Source of the DNA: a virus
IMG/VR virus record: IMGVR_UViG_3300025150_000004
Span: 64,001-128,000 of that record
DNA: 64,000 nucleotides
Strand: one strand, 5' to 3'
Part shown: one piece after another, positions 28,009 through 37,263 of the stretch
Layout: each line of letters begins with the position of its first letter
How positions within the stretch are numbered: position 1 is the first letter of the stretch
Notes under the pieces: generated by a model
What the model was told of the DNA's origin: nothing
The model's input: the letters and a program-made list of their open reading frames with translations, nothing else
Database searches by the model: none
Made by a program: the position numbers and the translations under genes

Positions 28009-29493
28009 TCAGGGCAGCGGGGCGTGCAGCACTGCGACGAGGCCACGGTCGTGGTCGTGCAGGTACACGGGGAGGGACTTCGCTGCCCCGACGTAACCGT
28101 TGAGCGAGTGCCAACGGTCGGTCCCCGAGAGGGAGGGGATCTGGCGGCGAGTGACGCCGTAGGCCACGTCGGTCTCCGTCCTCTCGAAGTGCATGTGACC
28201 CGTGTAGATGGTCTTGTGCGGGCACTGCGACCAGTGCTTCGACGCCTCCCGGGCCATGAGCCCCGCCATGTCCTGGGTCTTCTTCACCCCGTCGCCGTGG
28301 ACGAACCCGATGAGGTTCTGCCCGTAGACCCGGTAGACCCTGGGAGTTCGGTCGAGGTGGACCTCAACATCCGGGGCGTCACGGAACAGGGCGTCCAGGT
28401 AGAGCAGCAAGGCCAGGCCCAGCATCCGGTCGTGGTTGCCGGACATGAGGACCAACTCCACCGGGGCCACCTGGCGGAGGGTGTGGATCCAGTCCTCCAT
28501 CAGCTTGCAGGCGGACACGAGGATCTCCGCCGGGGTTCCATCCATGTCCTGCATGGTTCCCTCGGTCGTCGTGCCCTTCTGGTTGTCGATGTGCAGGAAG
28601 TCCGACCCGATGGGGACGTACAGCTTCTCCGGCCGCCCCAGTCGGGCCACCTGGGCGAACACGTCCTCGGTGGCCTGGAAGAGGCGGTGCTCGGCGATCT
28701 GCCGGTTGTAGGGCTCGCCCACCTCGTCGGCATCGCCGTACTTGCCCCAGTGGAAGTCGGTGAAGCCGACGACCCCAGCGAAGGGGCTGTCCGGCTCCGC
28801 AAGTCGGAGCTTCGGGACCTGGACGACCTTCCGGTTCTTCAACCCCTCACGAAGGGTCCGCAGAAGATGGTCCTCGACCTCCCGCCATTTCATGGCGTCC
28901 TGGCGGATGTCGGCCCACTTGGCCTGCTCCATCTTCTTGTAGAGCGTGGCCCGGCGAAGCTGGAGAGCATCCTCGACCAGTTCATCGTCGGTGCGGGACA
29001 TCACCTCCTCGGTCGAGAAGGGCTCCATGTCGTGGGTGATGCCGTGGACCTTGAGGTACTTGACGACCCAGGGGCGGGGGAGCCGCACGGTACGGGCGAT
29101 CTCGTTGACGGTCGCCGGGTTCCCGTCGAAGTTGCTGTAGGCCCGAACCATCTCCCTGTGGACCTCGCCCGGGAGCACCAGCGGCTTCGGGAGACCTGGG
29201 ACGAAGGTGACGTAGGTGTCATTGTCCGGGTTGTAGACGTACTGCTTGTCGTAGAGGTACTGGGACGCCTCCTGCTCGGTGGGCTCGGCGGCGGAGGGCT
29301 CGACCTCGACCTCGGAGGGCTCTGCCGGATCGGGGTCTGGGAGTTCGGAGAGGTCGCCACGGCGGCAGTAGGCAGCGAGGGCCTTTGCGTGGGCGAGAGG
29401 GAGTCCGGTCATCGCCACGATGCGGGCGCTGGACAGCTTCCCTCGGGTGATCCGCTCGCTGTAGAGCGAGGCGTACTCTTCCAACCAGGTCAT
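28009..29493 (-). CDS. Calcineurin-like metallophosphoesterase with N-terminal extension
   Basis: TDFH, GSD, GNHD, HGD and GHMH motifs. Confidence 0.9.
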   Translation of the reverse strand: MTWLEEYASLYSERITRGKLSSARIVAMTGLPLAHAKALAAYCRRGDLSELPDPDPAEPSEVEVEPSAAEPTEQEASQYLYDKQYVYNPDNDTYVTFVPGLPKPLVLPGEVHREMVRAYSNFDGNPATVNEIARTVRLPRPWVVKYLKVHGITHDMEPFSTEEVMSRTDDELVEDALQLRRATLYKKMEQAKWADIRQDAMKWREVEDHLLRTLREGLKNRKVVQVPKLRLAEPDSPFAGVVGFTDFHWGKYGDADEVGEPYNRQIAEHRLFQATEDVFAQVARLGRPEKLYVPIGSDFLHIDNQKGTTTEGTMQDMDGTPAEILVSACKLMEDWIHTLRQVAPVELVLMSGNHDRMLGLALLLYLDALFRDAPDVEVHLDRTPRVYRVYGQNLIGFVHGDGVKKTQDMAGLMAREASKHWSQCPHKTIYTGHMHFERTETDVAYGVTRRQIPSLSGTDRWHSLNGYVGAAKSLPVYLHDHDRGLVAVLHAPLP

Positions 29494-29694
29494 GCTCGGC
29501 CTCCTTCGGCTGTTGGCCAGCACATGAAGGAACGGTCAGACAGCAGGCCGAGCAGAGCTTGGGAGGCCGGGGCCTCTTGCTAATAGAGAGTCGGGATAGG
29601 CTCGCAACCGAAAGGAGTGCTGTTGTGAGGGGGTAGAGCGGCCCTTGGCGTGGGGTAGATGGGGAGGACAGCACGACCCCGAACGGAGGGAAAC

Positions 29695-30876
29695 ATGAGC
29701 GACGGGTTCACGTTCCACGGCTTCCAGCGAGGCCCCCAGATCTACGCCACACGGCACACCATCCTCCTTCTCCTGGCTCTCAACGACATCTGGAAGCAGG
29801 AGAAGGCGAAGTACCAGTTCACCGGAGGCTTCGACCCGGCGAGGCACTTCCACAAGCCGACCCTGCTCGCTGACCTGGCCAGAGCCATCGCCCCGGTCAT
29901 CAAGAAGGTGCTGACCCCAGGGGACGTGTACGCCCACCTGCTCTACCTGTCCGAGCGGAAGCTCGGGTCGGACACGGTGATGGTGCGGAACCATCCCGGC
30001 AACGAGAAGGCCGGGGAGCCCATTTTCCAGATGGGCAAGGCGGGCGAGGAACTCTGCGACATCATCGACAACCGTGGCGTCCGGGCGTTCATCGAGAGCG
30101 ACCCCACCAACTGGCACGCCCTGGTGATGTACGCCCGCCTCGTGGAGTCCGGCCAGTGCAGCCCGTCCGTCTGGACGCCGGAGAACATCGGCAGCCTGAC
30201 CGGCCTCACGGAGAGCCAGATCCGCAAGGCGATCAAAACCCTCCAGCAGGGGTTCACGAGCAAGGCCGGGGACCAGGAGTTCACGCTCGCTGCCGGGTCT
30301 CTCGTGGTGGAGGGGACCCGTCGTTTCCCGAAGTACAAGCTGGCTGCGAGCCTGCGGGTCTCCGCCAGCCCCGAGATCGGTGACCTCGACTTCGAGGAGG
30401 ACCCGAAGGCCCTCCGTCAGAAGGCCCAGACGGCGACGTTCCAGCAGATCTACGGCGGGAAGGGGCCACAGGGGAACGGCCGGGCGGCAGCAGCGGCGGA
30501 CGCCTTCATGGAGGAGTTCACCAAGCCCGAGGCCGACCCCGAGCCGACCCCCAGCGTTCCCGCATCCCGGCCCATCGGAGCCAAGGCCAACATCTCCGAC
30601 CAGGAAGTGGCCATCCTCCAGGCGGAGGCGATCCGACTCCGCATCTCGCTCGACTCCCTCATGACCCTCATCATCAAGACGGGCATCGAGGGCATCGAAC
30701 GGGAGAACGTCAACCGGGAGACGGCCGAGGCCAAGCGTCGGGAGGCCGAGGAGGCCCTGCGGAAGGAGGAGGAGGAGGCCCAGCGTGCGGCTCAGGCAGC
30801 AGCCGAGCGGCTGGCCGAGATCCAGCGGCGGCGGGCCGCCCTGGGGTCCGAGACAGGCGCATCACCGGCCCCCTAG
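29695..30876 (+). CDS. Hypothetical DNA-binding protein (HTH-like segment, C-terminal coiled coil)
   Basis: GGAGGG RBS; IGSLTGLTESQIRKAIKTL. Confidence 0.65.
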   Translation: MSDGFTFHGFQRGPQIYATRHTILLLLALNDIWKQEKAKYQFTGGFDPARHFHKPTLLADLARAIAPVIKKVLTPGDVYAHLLYLSERKLGSDTVMVRNHPGNEKAGEPIFQMGKAGEELCDIIDNRGVRAFIESDPTNWHALVMYARLVESGQCSPSVWTPENIGSLTGLTESQIRKAIKTLQQGFTSKAGDQEFTLAAGSLVVEGTRRFPKYKLAASLRVSASPEIGDLDFEEDPKALRQKAQTATFQQIYGGKGPQGNGRAAAAADAFMEEFTKPEADPEPTPSVPASRPIGAKANISDQEVAILQAEAIRLRISLDSLMTLIIKTGIEGIERENVNRETAEAKRREAEEALRKEEEEAQRAAQAAAERLAEIQRRRAALGSETGASPAP

Positions 30877-30903
30877 AAAAACGACTCGGGTCGAAAAAAG
30901 TTG

Positions 30904-30932
30904 TTGACGGCGGATCCGGGTTCAAGTACAAC
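30904..30932 (+). promoter_or_regulatory. Sigma70-type promoter
   Basis: TTGACG-N17-TACAAC with an upstream A-tract. Confidence 0.7.
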
Positions 30933-30938
30933 GTCTCT

Positions 30939-31371
30939 TGCCGGTTGGGACTGCCCCCGAGAAATCGAGGATGGTTCCCAAACGGAGCACCGAGGGTCGA
31001 AGGTTCGCAACCTGAAACCGGAGGTGAGTGGGAGGTCGGGCGAAGGCCATTCCCACGGAAGGCGCTGACCATTCAGGTGGTCATGGGCTTCACCTGAAAA
31101 GGAAGTCCTGGGTTCTGAAACATGGACCCGAACCCCATGGCGGGGAAGATAGCGAGCGCCGCTATCGTTCTCACCCGCCTTCGCAGAGGTCAACCGGGCA
31201 ATCGGCGAGCCAAAGCGACCCTGCCCTCCCCGGGCAACCGGGAGAGGGAGCCAGTCGGGTAACCGGGTGGTGGGACGGGGGAACTCAAGGACCCGTAACA
31301 GGGTCCAGCGGTTCAGCAATGCCCAGCGGGTCCGGCCGTCTTCGGCCGGACCCGCTGGGCATTCTTGTTTT
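30939..31371 (+). ncRNA. Candidate large structured non-coding RNA, family unknown
   Basis: No credible ORF; many nested hairpins; bounded by a promoter and a terminator. Confidence 0.65.
31318..31371 (+). terminator. Intrinsic terminator
   Basis: Perfect 21-bp stem AATGCCCAGCGGGTCCGGCCG with TCTT loop, followed by CTTGTTTT. Confidence 0.85.
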
Positions 31372-31446
31372 AGGACCCCGGAAAAGGTCTACTGTCCTCG
31401 GTATCGTGACGCCAGCCCTTTCGGCTCCACGAGAATGAGGCGAAGA

Positions 31447-31686
31447 ATGCCGACCATCCGGCGACTGGACGTTCCCATCATCCTGGGTTGTCAACCCCCG
31501 GCAGGTCAATTCGCCAATGCGTTTCGAATCCTGAACGCCGACTCGGGCTGCGTGCTGGAGTTCCTGGTGTACTCCCCTCGTGAGAACAAGGCATTCCTCG
31601 TTCATCGCATCCGGCTCTCCCAAGAACTCCTTCCCGTCATCAAAGACCAGGTGAGGTGCGCTTTGGACCCCCAACACGCTTGTTGA
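31447..31686 (+). CDS. DUF3467-like protein
   Basis: FANAFRI..VLEFL..LVHRIRL; similar to 42282-42548. Confidence 0.55.
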   Translation: MPTIRRLDVPIILGCQPPAGQFANAFRILNADSGCVLEFLVYSPRENKAFLVHRIRLSQELLPVIKDQVRCALDPQHAC

Positions 31687-31723
31687 TCGGGGCATGGGTA
31701 GAGTGTGGAGCTACGGAGGTTTG

Positions 31724-33034
31724 ATGATGACGACGTTCCAGACCGGCCAGTTTCAGCCCCTCAAGGCCATCTCGGAGTTCAACTTCGGTCCCCTGAACGG
31801 GATGACCATCAAGGATGGAACCGAGATGGACTTCGACGGCACCACCCTGCGGATGATGGGGAAGGAGTACGGCTGCCCGGAGTTCTCCATCGCCATCCGG
31901 GCCGGATTCGTGAAACCCCGCTCCGACACCACTTCGGCTCCGCCGAAGCCCACCTCCAACGTGGAGGTGAAGTCGGCGGTCGGCCACGGGGAGACCCGAG
32001 AGACGGTCCGTATGGGGGCCATCGTCGAGGAGGAGCAGGTCGTCGGCTCCGTGGCTGGGAGCAAGGGCCGCCGAGAAGCCGCCCAAGACGCCCGGTCCCA
32101 GCAGGTGACCAGCCAGCCGCAGGTGAGCCCGGACCCGGAGATCGAGGCAGCCCTGATGCCGCAGGCTCCTCCTCCACCTCGGCAACTGGACCCCAGGGAT
32201 GTGACCTCTGCCTCCGTCGCCGCCCAGTCCATGCAGGGGAATCGGCCCCGGACGGTGGAGGAGGCCGACGCCCTCAACGCCGCCGCCATCCAGGCGGAGT
32301 TGAACAAGCCCGTGAACACCAACTACATCAAGGGCGGCACCCGGCACGACAAGCTGGATGAAGATGATGCCGCCCCGACCGTCGGGGGTGGCAAGTTCAA
32401 GCTCGTGACCGCCGACGGGGCGAGCCAGGGGACCGTGGTGGGATCGGTGAAGTCCGGGGCGCACTCCGCCCGAGTCGGTCGGGACGGGGAGGCCGTGAAG
32501 ACGGCCGCCTTGGACGTGACCAAGGCGACGGCCAGCACGGTCGAGTCGGGGCTTCAGGAGCAGAAGGTGGTCGAGGGGGTTCGAGGACTCGAAGCCAAGA
32601 CCCGTGCGGTGCCGTCGGGCATCCAGAAGGTCGGGGCTCAGGTGATGCCGGAGCGCCCGGACATCATGGTCCAGCCCATCAAGACGGCCCATTCCACGGT
32701 CATCACCGAGGGTGAAGACATCCGCACGGTCGGTGCCCAGGGGCAGACGGGGGATGTGTCAGAGAGCCGGTCCGGGGACGAACTGACCGATCTCCTGCCC
32801 GACGCCATCGTGGCGTCTCCCCCCAAGCCGAAGAAGTCCAACCCCGACGACGAGGTCGCCGAGATCGTGGCGGGCTGGGACAAGCAGCGGCAGTGGAAAA
32901 AGCGGGTCAACGAGGCCGTGGAGTTCTACGCCGACTGGCCCGCCGCCCTGGACGCCATCTGCGCCATCGAGTCCGAGGCTGTGGTCAAGCACATCCGCAG
33001 CCAGGTCGCCAAGAAGCAGGCCGAGAGCGCCTGA
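31724..33034 (+). CDS. Hypothetical protein
   Basis: GGAGG RBS and high-GC3 codon usage. Confidence 0.75.
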   Translation: MMTTFQTGQFQPLKAISEFNFGPLNGMTIKDGTEMDFDGTTLRMMGKEYGCPEFSIAIRAGFVKPRSDTTSAPPKPTSNVEVKSAVGHGETRETVRMGAIVEEEQVVGSVAGSKGRREAAQDARSQQVTSQPQVSPDPEIEAALMPQAPPPPRQLDPRDVTSASVAAQSMQGNRPRTVEEADALNAAAIQAELNKPVNTNYIKGGTRHDKLDEDDAAPTVGGGKFKLVTADGASQGTVVGSVKSGAHSARVGRDGEAVKTAALDVTKATASTVESGLQEQKVVEGVRGLEAKTRAVPSGIQKVGAQVMPERPDIMVQPIKTAHSTVITEGEDIRTVGAQGQTGDVSESRSGDELTDLLPDAIVASPPKPKKSNPDDEVAEIVAGWDKQRQWKKRVNEAVEFYADWPAALDAICAIESEAVVKHIRSQVAKKQAESA

Positions 33035-33103
33035 TCCCTGCCGGTATTCCGCCTATGGTCAGGCCACGGTAGAGGTTTCGCACCTCCGCCGTGGAGGACC
33101 CGA

Positions 33104-33511
33104 GTGGCGACAGGATCCAACAAAAAAGCCAGTAGCGAGGCCGCTTGGGCGCTCATCATGGGGGGCGTGGCCTCAGCCCGTCTGGAAGCCCATCGGCTGA
33201 AGCACCTGGTCAGCCGATGTGAGAAGCTCGTCGAGCACTCCACGCACCGGGAGCACCTGTACCAGGTCGCCGGGGACATCATCGTGGACATGCCGGGCCG
33301 CCTTCGCAAGCTGGAGGTGGCCCTCGACCGGACGGCTCTGGCTCTGTCAGGGATGGGGGAGGAGTTCCTCTCCGCCAGGCTCCCGCTGTCCGAAAAGCAG
33401 CTTGTCGAAGAAGCCACCCAGCCGGGCTTTGGTGGCCACCGTCACCGGCATTCGGTCAAGACAGTCGCCCGGGAGTGGCTCCTCCGGCAGCTTCGAGAGG
33501 CTGGTAGATGA
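33104..33511 (+). CDS. Hypothetical helical protein ending in a TVAREWL motif
   Basis: GGAGG RBS downstream of a CGGT-N7-CTAT motif. Confidence 0.75.
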   Translation: MATGSNKKASSEAAWALIMGGVASARLEAHRLKHLVSRCEKLVEHSTHREHLYQVAGDIIVDMPGRLRKLEVALDRTALALSGMGEEFLSARLPLSEKQLVEEATQPGFGGHRHRHSVKTVAREWLLRQLREAGR

Positions 33512-36429
33512 CCCGGCAGGCCGACAAGTTCCCGGCCTTGGGGCTTCCATCGGAAGCGGGACCCTGTTTCGTAGTCCGGCGGATCGAGGACAACGTCCGC
33601 TCCCCCTCAGTTCGGGACACCTTGGAGAGGAAGGTCGAGCGAGGCCAAGACCTGACGAATCCCGAGGCCCATGCGGTGTACGACCGGGAGGTCGAACGGG
33701 GTCCCGGCGGTCTCATCTCGAAGTTCGAGATCTCGTCTCACGCCCAGTACCGGATGGACCTGCGGGGCATCACGGTCCCCGAGGTCCGCTTCGTGTTCCA
33801 GCGGTTCCAGAAGGAACTCAATGACTGGAAGTCCCGACAGGATCCCGCCTACGACAGGGTGGCTCGGGCAATCCAGCGAGGGGAGCCCATCGAGTACGAG
33901 GACAAGCGGCTCCAGATGTTCATTGCCTTCACCATCCTCCAGAAGGGCTTGGCGAAGGTAATCACGGTCTACTGGAAGGGAATGCCAGACCCCAAGGCTC
34001 CAGGGGTCTGTGTGGTCCCGCACAGCCACCAGAAGCACGCACGGGACCCGGTGCAGGACTGGGGCACCCAGACATACACCAAGGACCCGACGGACAACCC
34101 GGACAACCGGGAGAAGCAGCAGGTGCTACCGACCCCGCCGTGGAGTCGGAGCAAGCCGACGGGGAGGCCCCAGTACAACGTCCCAGGACCCAGTGGCACT
34201 GGGCCAGGCGAGAAGAACATCCACCAGTACCGTATGCGGACCAAGGGGGAGCCGGGGAAGGAGCACCCCCAACCACCGGCTCGAACCTCCCCTGTTCGGC
34301 GGCCGGAGGTGACCGGCGAGGACTGGGAGACGGCTGGTTGGTATGACCGGCTCGACCCACAGGTGGAGGAGCCTTTCCTCGAAGCCTCAATGAAGGGCAA
34401 GCCGTATCCTGGGGCGAACCGGCAGAGGGAGCAGCGAGGCCCCGCTCGAAGGTATTACCGGCTTCGGTACAAGCGTCAGCGTCAGCAGTACAAGCGGCGG
34501 ATGAAGCTGTGGTATCGGCGCTATCGCAAGAACCCCAGGTATTTGAGGGACCAGGAGCGCCGGGACGATCACCCGAAGAGGTTCGAGCGCAAGCCCGGCG
34601 GCGGCTACGTGCGGAACCAGGACCGAAGCAAGGCTTGGCGGGACAAGCAGAAGAAGGCCAGCTTGGCAGAGCCCATCCCTGTGTTCTTCCTCCCGTTGCA
34701 GGAGTGGGGGTGGTTCGAGGGTGTCGGCGACGAAGACCTGATGGAGATCCGTGTTGATGGGAGCCTGTTCCAGCTTCCCATTGACCTGTTCTTCGACCAG
34801 GTGGAGGGCGACCCGGACATGGCGGATGCCCTCTTGGCCTACCTCGACGAGCACTACGAGTTCTCCGAGGGTGAAGGTGAGGACATGGCCATCGACGACG
34901 CAATCGAGGCTCTCAAGAAGATCGCTTTCCAGGTGAAGCTCCGCTACCGGCCCGAGAAGCGCCAGCGGAAGACCCGTGGATTGAAGAAGTGGAAGCAGAA
35001 GATGCAGTACATGCGGAACCGGGCGAAGTCCAAGCGACAGACCCGGGTCCGGTACAAGCGTCTCAAGAGGCTCCCGGCCTTCAAGAAGCAGCAGCAGATC
35101 CGCCGCAAGCACCCAGAGAGGTTCAAGCGGCGGATGGCCGAGGTGCTCACCGCCCCGGACATCGCTTTCGTGGTGGGTGAGGAACTGGACCTGGGGTACG
35201 TCCACAGCGTCAGCCCCATGACCGGGCTCGTGACGTTCCATCGGACCTCGAACGGGGAGTACCTCTCCGACTCTCTGGAGTCCCTGGCAGTCGAGGATTT
35301 CATGGCGGCCGTCGGCTTCCTCTCGGAGGCCGACGAGGAGGCCATGTTCAAGCTCATCGACGTGGAACTGGGAGAGACGGCCTGGTCCGGTGAGTTGACC
35401 GAGGACGGTCTTCGTGGGTCAGCGGCCCTCATGGGCATCGACTGCGATTCCCCGAAGTTCCAAGACCTCTGCGAGAAGCTGGTCGGCAAGACCCAGATCG
35501 CCGACATGGACCCAACCGAAGTCGCCCTGGTGAACTCGGTGGTCATCCATCAGACGGTCTATGACGACGATGCGATGGAGGTTGGAGAGTTCCCCGACCG
35601 GGACCGGGCAAAGGAGCCGACCGAGGCCGACTCTTTCATGATCGACCCCCAGGACGACGACTACATCTTCGGCAGGGTCAACCTCCCCGAGGACTACGCT
35701 CACCTGGTTCAGCGGACGGCTCGGCGGTGGGTCGCCCGGCAGGCGGAGATGCTCTATTGCAAGGAGCCCACCGACCAGGATTCGGACGACACCTACGACC
35801 GTGGGGATGACAGGCTGGAGAAGAAGGTCCATCCGCCTCACTCCGAGCGCCTCGACCAGCCCTCCGTGGAGGAGAACCCGGGTTCGGCCAAGGTCATCCC
35901 GTGGAACCATCCCGACATGGTGAACAACCGGGCGGGGATGGTGCGCCTGGCGGCCCGCATCCACGAGATCGTGGAGAAGTGCGGGGAGGATGTCTTGACC
36001 CGCTCAAGGGGGCTTCGTGTGAAGCTCCGCCGGGTGGATGCACGGAACGCTGTGTGGCTGTTCGACGTGCCCGGGAAGTCCGGCACCCATCGGGTGCGGA
36101 TCAAGGCTGTTCGTCACGGCAACATTCGGGACGTGGGCAAGGCCCACGTCAAGGTGTCCTGCTCCTGCCCGTTCTGGCAGTGGCAGGGGCCGGAGCATCA
36201 CGCCAAGACGGGGGATTACCTGTTCGGGAGCCCGAGGGGCACGGCTGCCAAGCCGGATGTGAAGGACCCCGGCGGGAAGCACGGGGCCTGCAAACATGTT
36301 TTGGCTTGCTTTGATTGGGTTATAGGCCACAACTGGCGGGTTCCCCCAAGACCACGGAAGCGGGCGTCAACAGATCGAGTAGTTGCACAGTTCCTTCGGC
36401 GGCAGCTTCAGGAGGCGTGGTGTGGCTAG
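33508..36429 (+). CDS. Multi-domain protein: DUF4258/RelE-like RNase-fold domain, two very basic tracts, acidic domains, SWIM Zn finger
   Basis: ISSHAQYRMDLRGIT...KVITVYW; SCSCP...CKH. Confidence 0.75.
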   Translation: MTRQADKFPALGLPSEAGPCFVVRRIEDNVRSPSVRDTLERKVERGQDLTNPEAHAVYDREVERGPGGLISKFEISSHAQYRMDLRGITVPEVRFVFQRFQKELNDWKSRQDPAYDRVARAIQRGEPIEYEDKRLQMFIAFTILQKGLAKVITVYWKGMPDPKAPGVCVVPHSHQKHARDPVQDWGTQTYTKDPTDNPDNREKQQVLPTPPWSRSKPTGRPQYNVPGPSGTGPGEKNIHQYRMRTKGEPGKEHPQPPARTSPVRRPEVTGEDWETAGWYDRLDPQVEEPFLEASMKGKPYPGANRQREQRGPARRYYRLRYKRQRQQYKRRMKLWYRRYRKNPRYLRDQERRDDHPKRFERKPGGGYVRNQDRSKAWRDKQKKASLAEPIPVFFLPLQEWGWFEGVGDEDLMEIRVDGSLFQLPIDLFFDQVEGDPDMADALLAYLDEHYEFSEGEGEDMAIDDAIEALKKIAFQVKLRYRPEKRQRKTRGLKKWKQKMQYMRNRAKSKRQTRVRYKRLKRLPAFKKQQQIRRKHPERFKRRMAEVLTAPDIAFVVGEELDLGYVHSVSPMTGLVTFHRTSNGEYLSDSLESLAVEDFMAAVGFLSEADEEAMFKLIDVELGETAWSGELTEDGLRGSAALMGIDCDSPKFQDLCEKLVGKTQIADMDPTEVALVNSVVIHQTVYDDDAMEVGEFPDRDRAKEPTEADSFMIDPQDDDYIFGRVNLPEDYAHLVQRTARRWVARQAEMLYCKEPTDQDSDDTYDRGDDRLEKKVHPPHSERLDQPSVEENPGSAKVIPWNHPDMVNNRAGMVRLAARIHEIVEKCGEDVLTRSRGLRVKLRRVDARNAVWLFDVPGKSGTHRVRIKAVRHGNIRDVGKAHVKVSCSCPFWQWQGPEHHAKTGDYLFGSPRGTAAKPDVKDPGGKHGACKHVLACFDWVIGHNWRVPPRPRKRASTDRVVAQFLRRQLQEAWCG

Positions 36430-37102
36430 GTCTGTTTGTATTTTGACCTGCCCTTGTTGCGGTCAAGGGTTCCTTCGGCGGCAGAGCATCGTAGTGGCCA
36501 TGCAGAAGCGAAATCCCGACGTGGTATTGTCCTGCGGCAAGGCGTGTAGTGACATGCTGAAGCGGCGTCCTATCAACATCATGGACCGCAAAGCATTTGA
36601 GTACACCGTTGGCGTGGTACTTGGGGATGGATCGGTAGATCGGGCCGTGAGGGTGGCCGTTGGTCTTCAGGACGAAAATTTTGTGCCTATTTTGCGTCAG
36701 TTCTTCCAACGGGGAGTTGGGGTAGACCCTGGTGTGCTGCGGAATGAAGAAGCAAGATCTTTGTCTGTGAACCTGAGCTTCAAGGCGGCTGGCGACCTTT
36801 ATCGGTCGTTCAAGCATGGCCCTTCATGGATACTGGAAGATGTGCGCCACCCGGCGATGGTGTTGGCCGGGTTGTGCGATACGGACGGGGGGTGGGAGAA
36901 AAAGAAAGGGCGGCGGGTCGCTTTTTGCATCACGCAGAAGAACAACGGGAATCTGGAGAAGTCCCTACCCCTATGGTATCAAGTCGGGCTGAACCCGTCG
37001 ATTAGGTATTACGCTCCTGACCGGGCGGTACTTCGGATACCCTCTCCTCAACGTGAGCGGTTCCTTGATGTCGTCTCGCTCCAGCACCCCAGGAAAATCT
37101 GA
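36422..37102 (+). mobile_element. Free-standing LAGLIDADG endonuclease with N-terminal Zn finger
   Basis: VGVVLGDG and LAGLCDTDG; CPCC..C...C; lower GC; GTG after GGAGG. Confidence 0.85.
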
Positions 37103-37263
37103 TGGCCGTGTTCGACCACATCGTCACCAACAAGTGGTCGGTGCCTCGCTCGAAGCAGGGGGCCTCTCGGTATCTCCTCGATAGCCTGTCCTTGGGTGAG
37201 CCGGTGACGGCCGCCCGGGTGATCGCTGCCCGGTATCTTGGGCTGAAGGCAAGAGGAACGTGA
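37102..37263 (+). pseudogene. Displaced original 3' end of the 33508 gene (53 aa)
   Basis: MAVFDHIVTNKWSVPR aligns with LACFDWVIGHNWRVPP; ends RVIAARYL; not in the ORF track. Confidence 0.65.

Noticed and set aside
31195-31220. Group I intron, suggested by GGCAATCGGCGAGCCAAAG resembling the Q element
   Set aside because: No R/S (P7) elements and no interrupted exon on either side
31095-31300. RNase P RNA, suggested by AAGGAAGTCC resembling GAGGAAAGUCC
   Set aside because: The motif is mid-molecule, and the AGUGCAACAG and ACAGAACCCGGCUUA conserved regions are not visible
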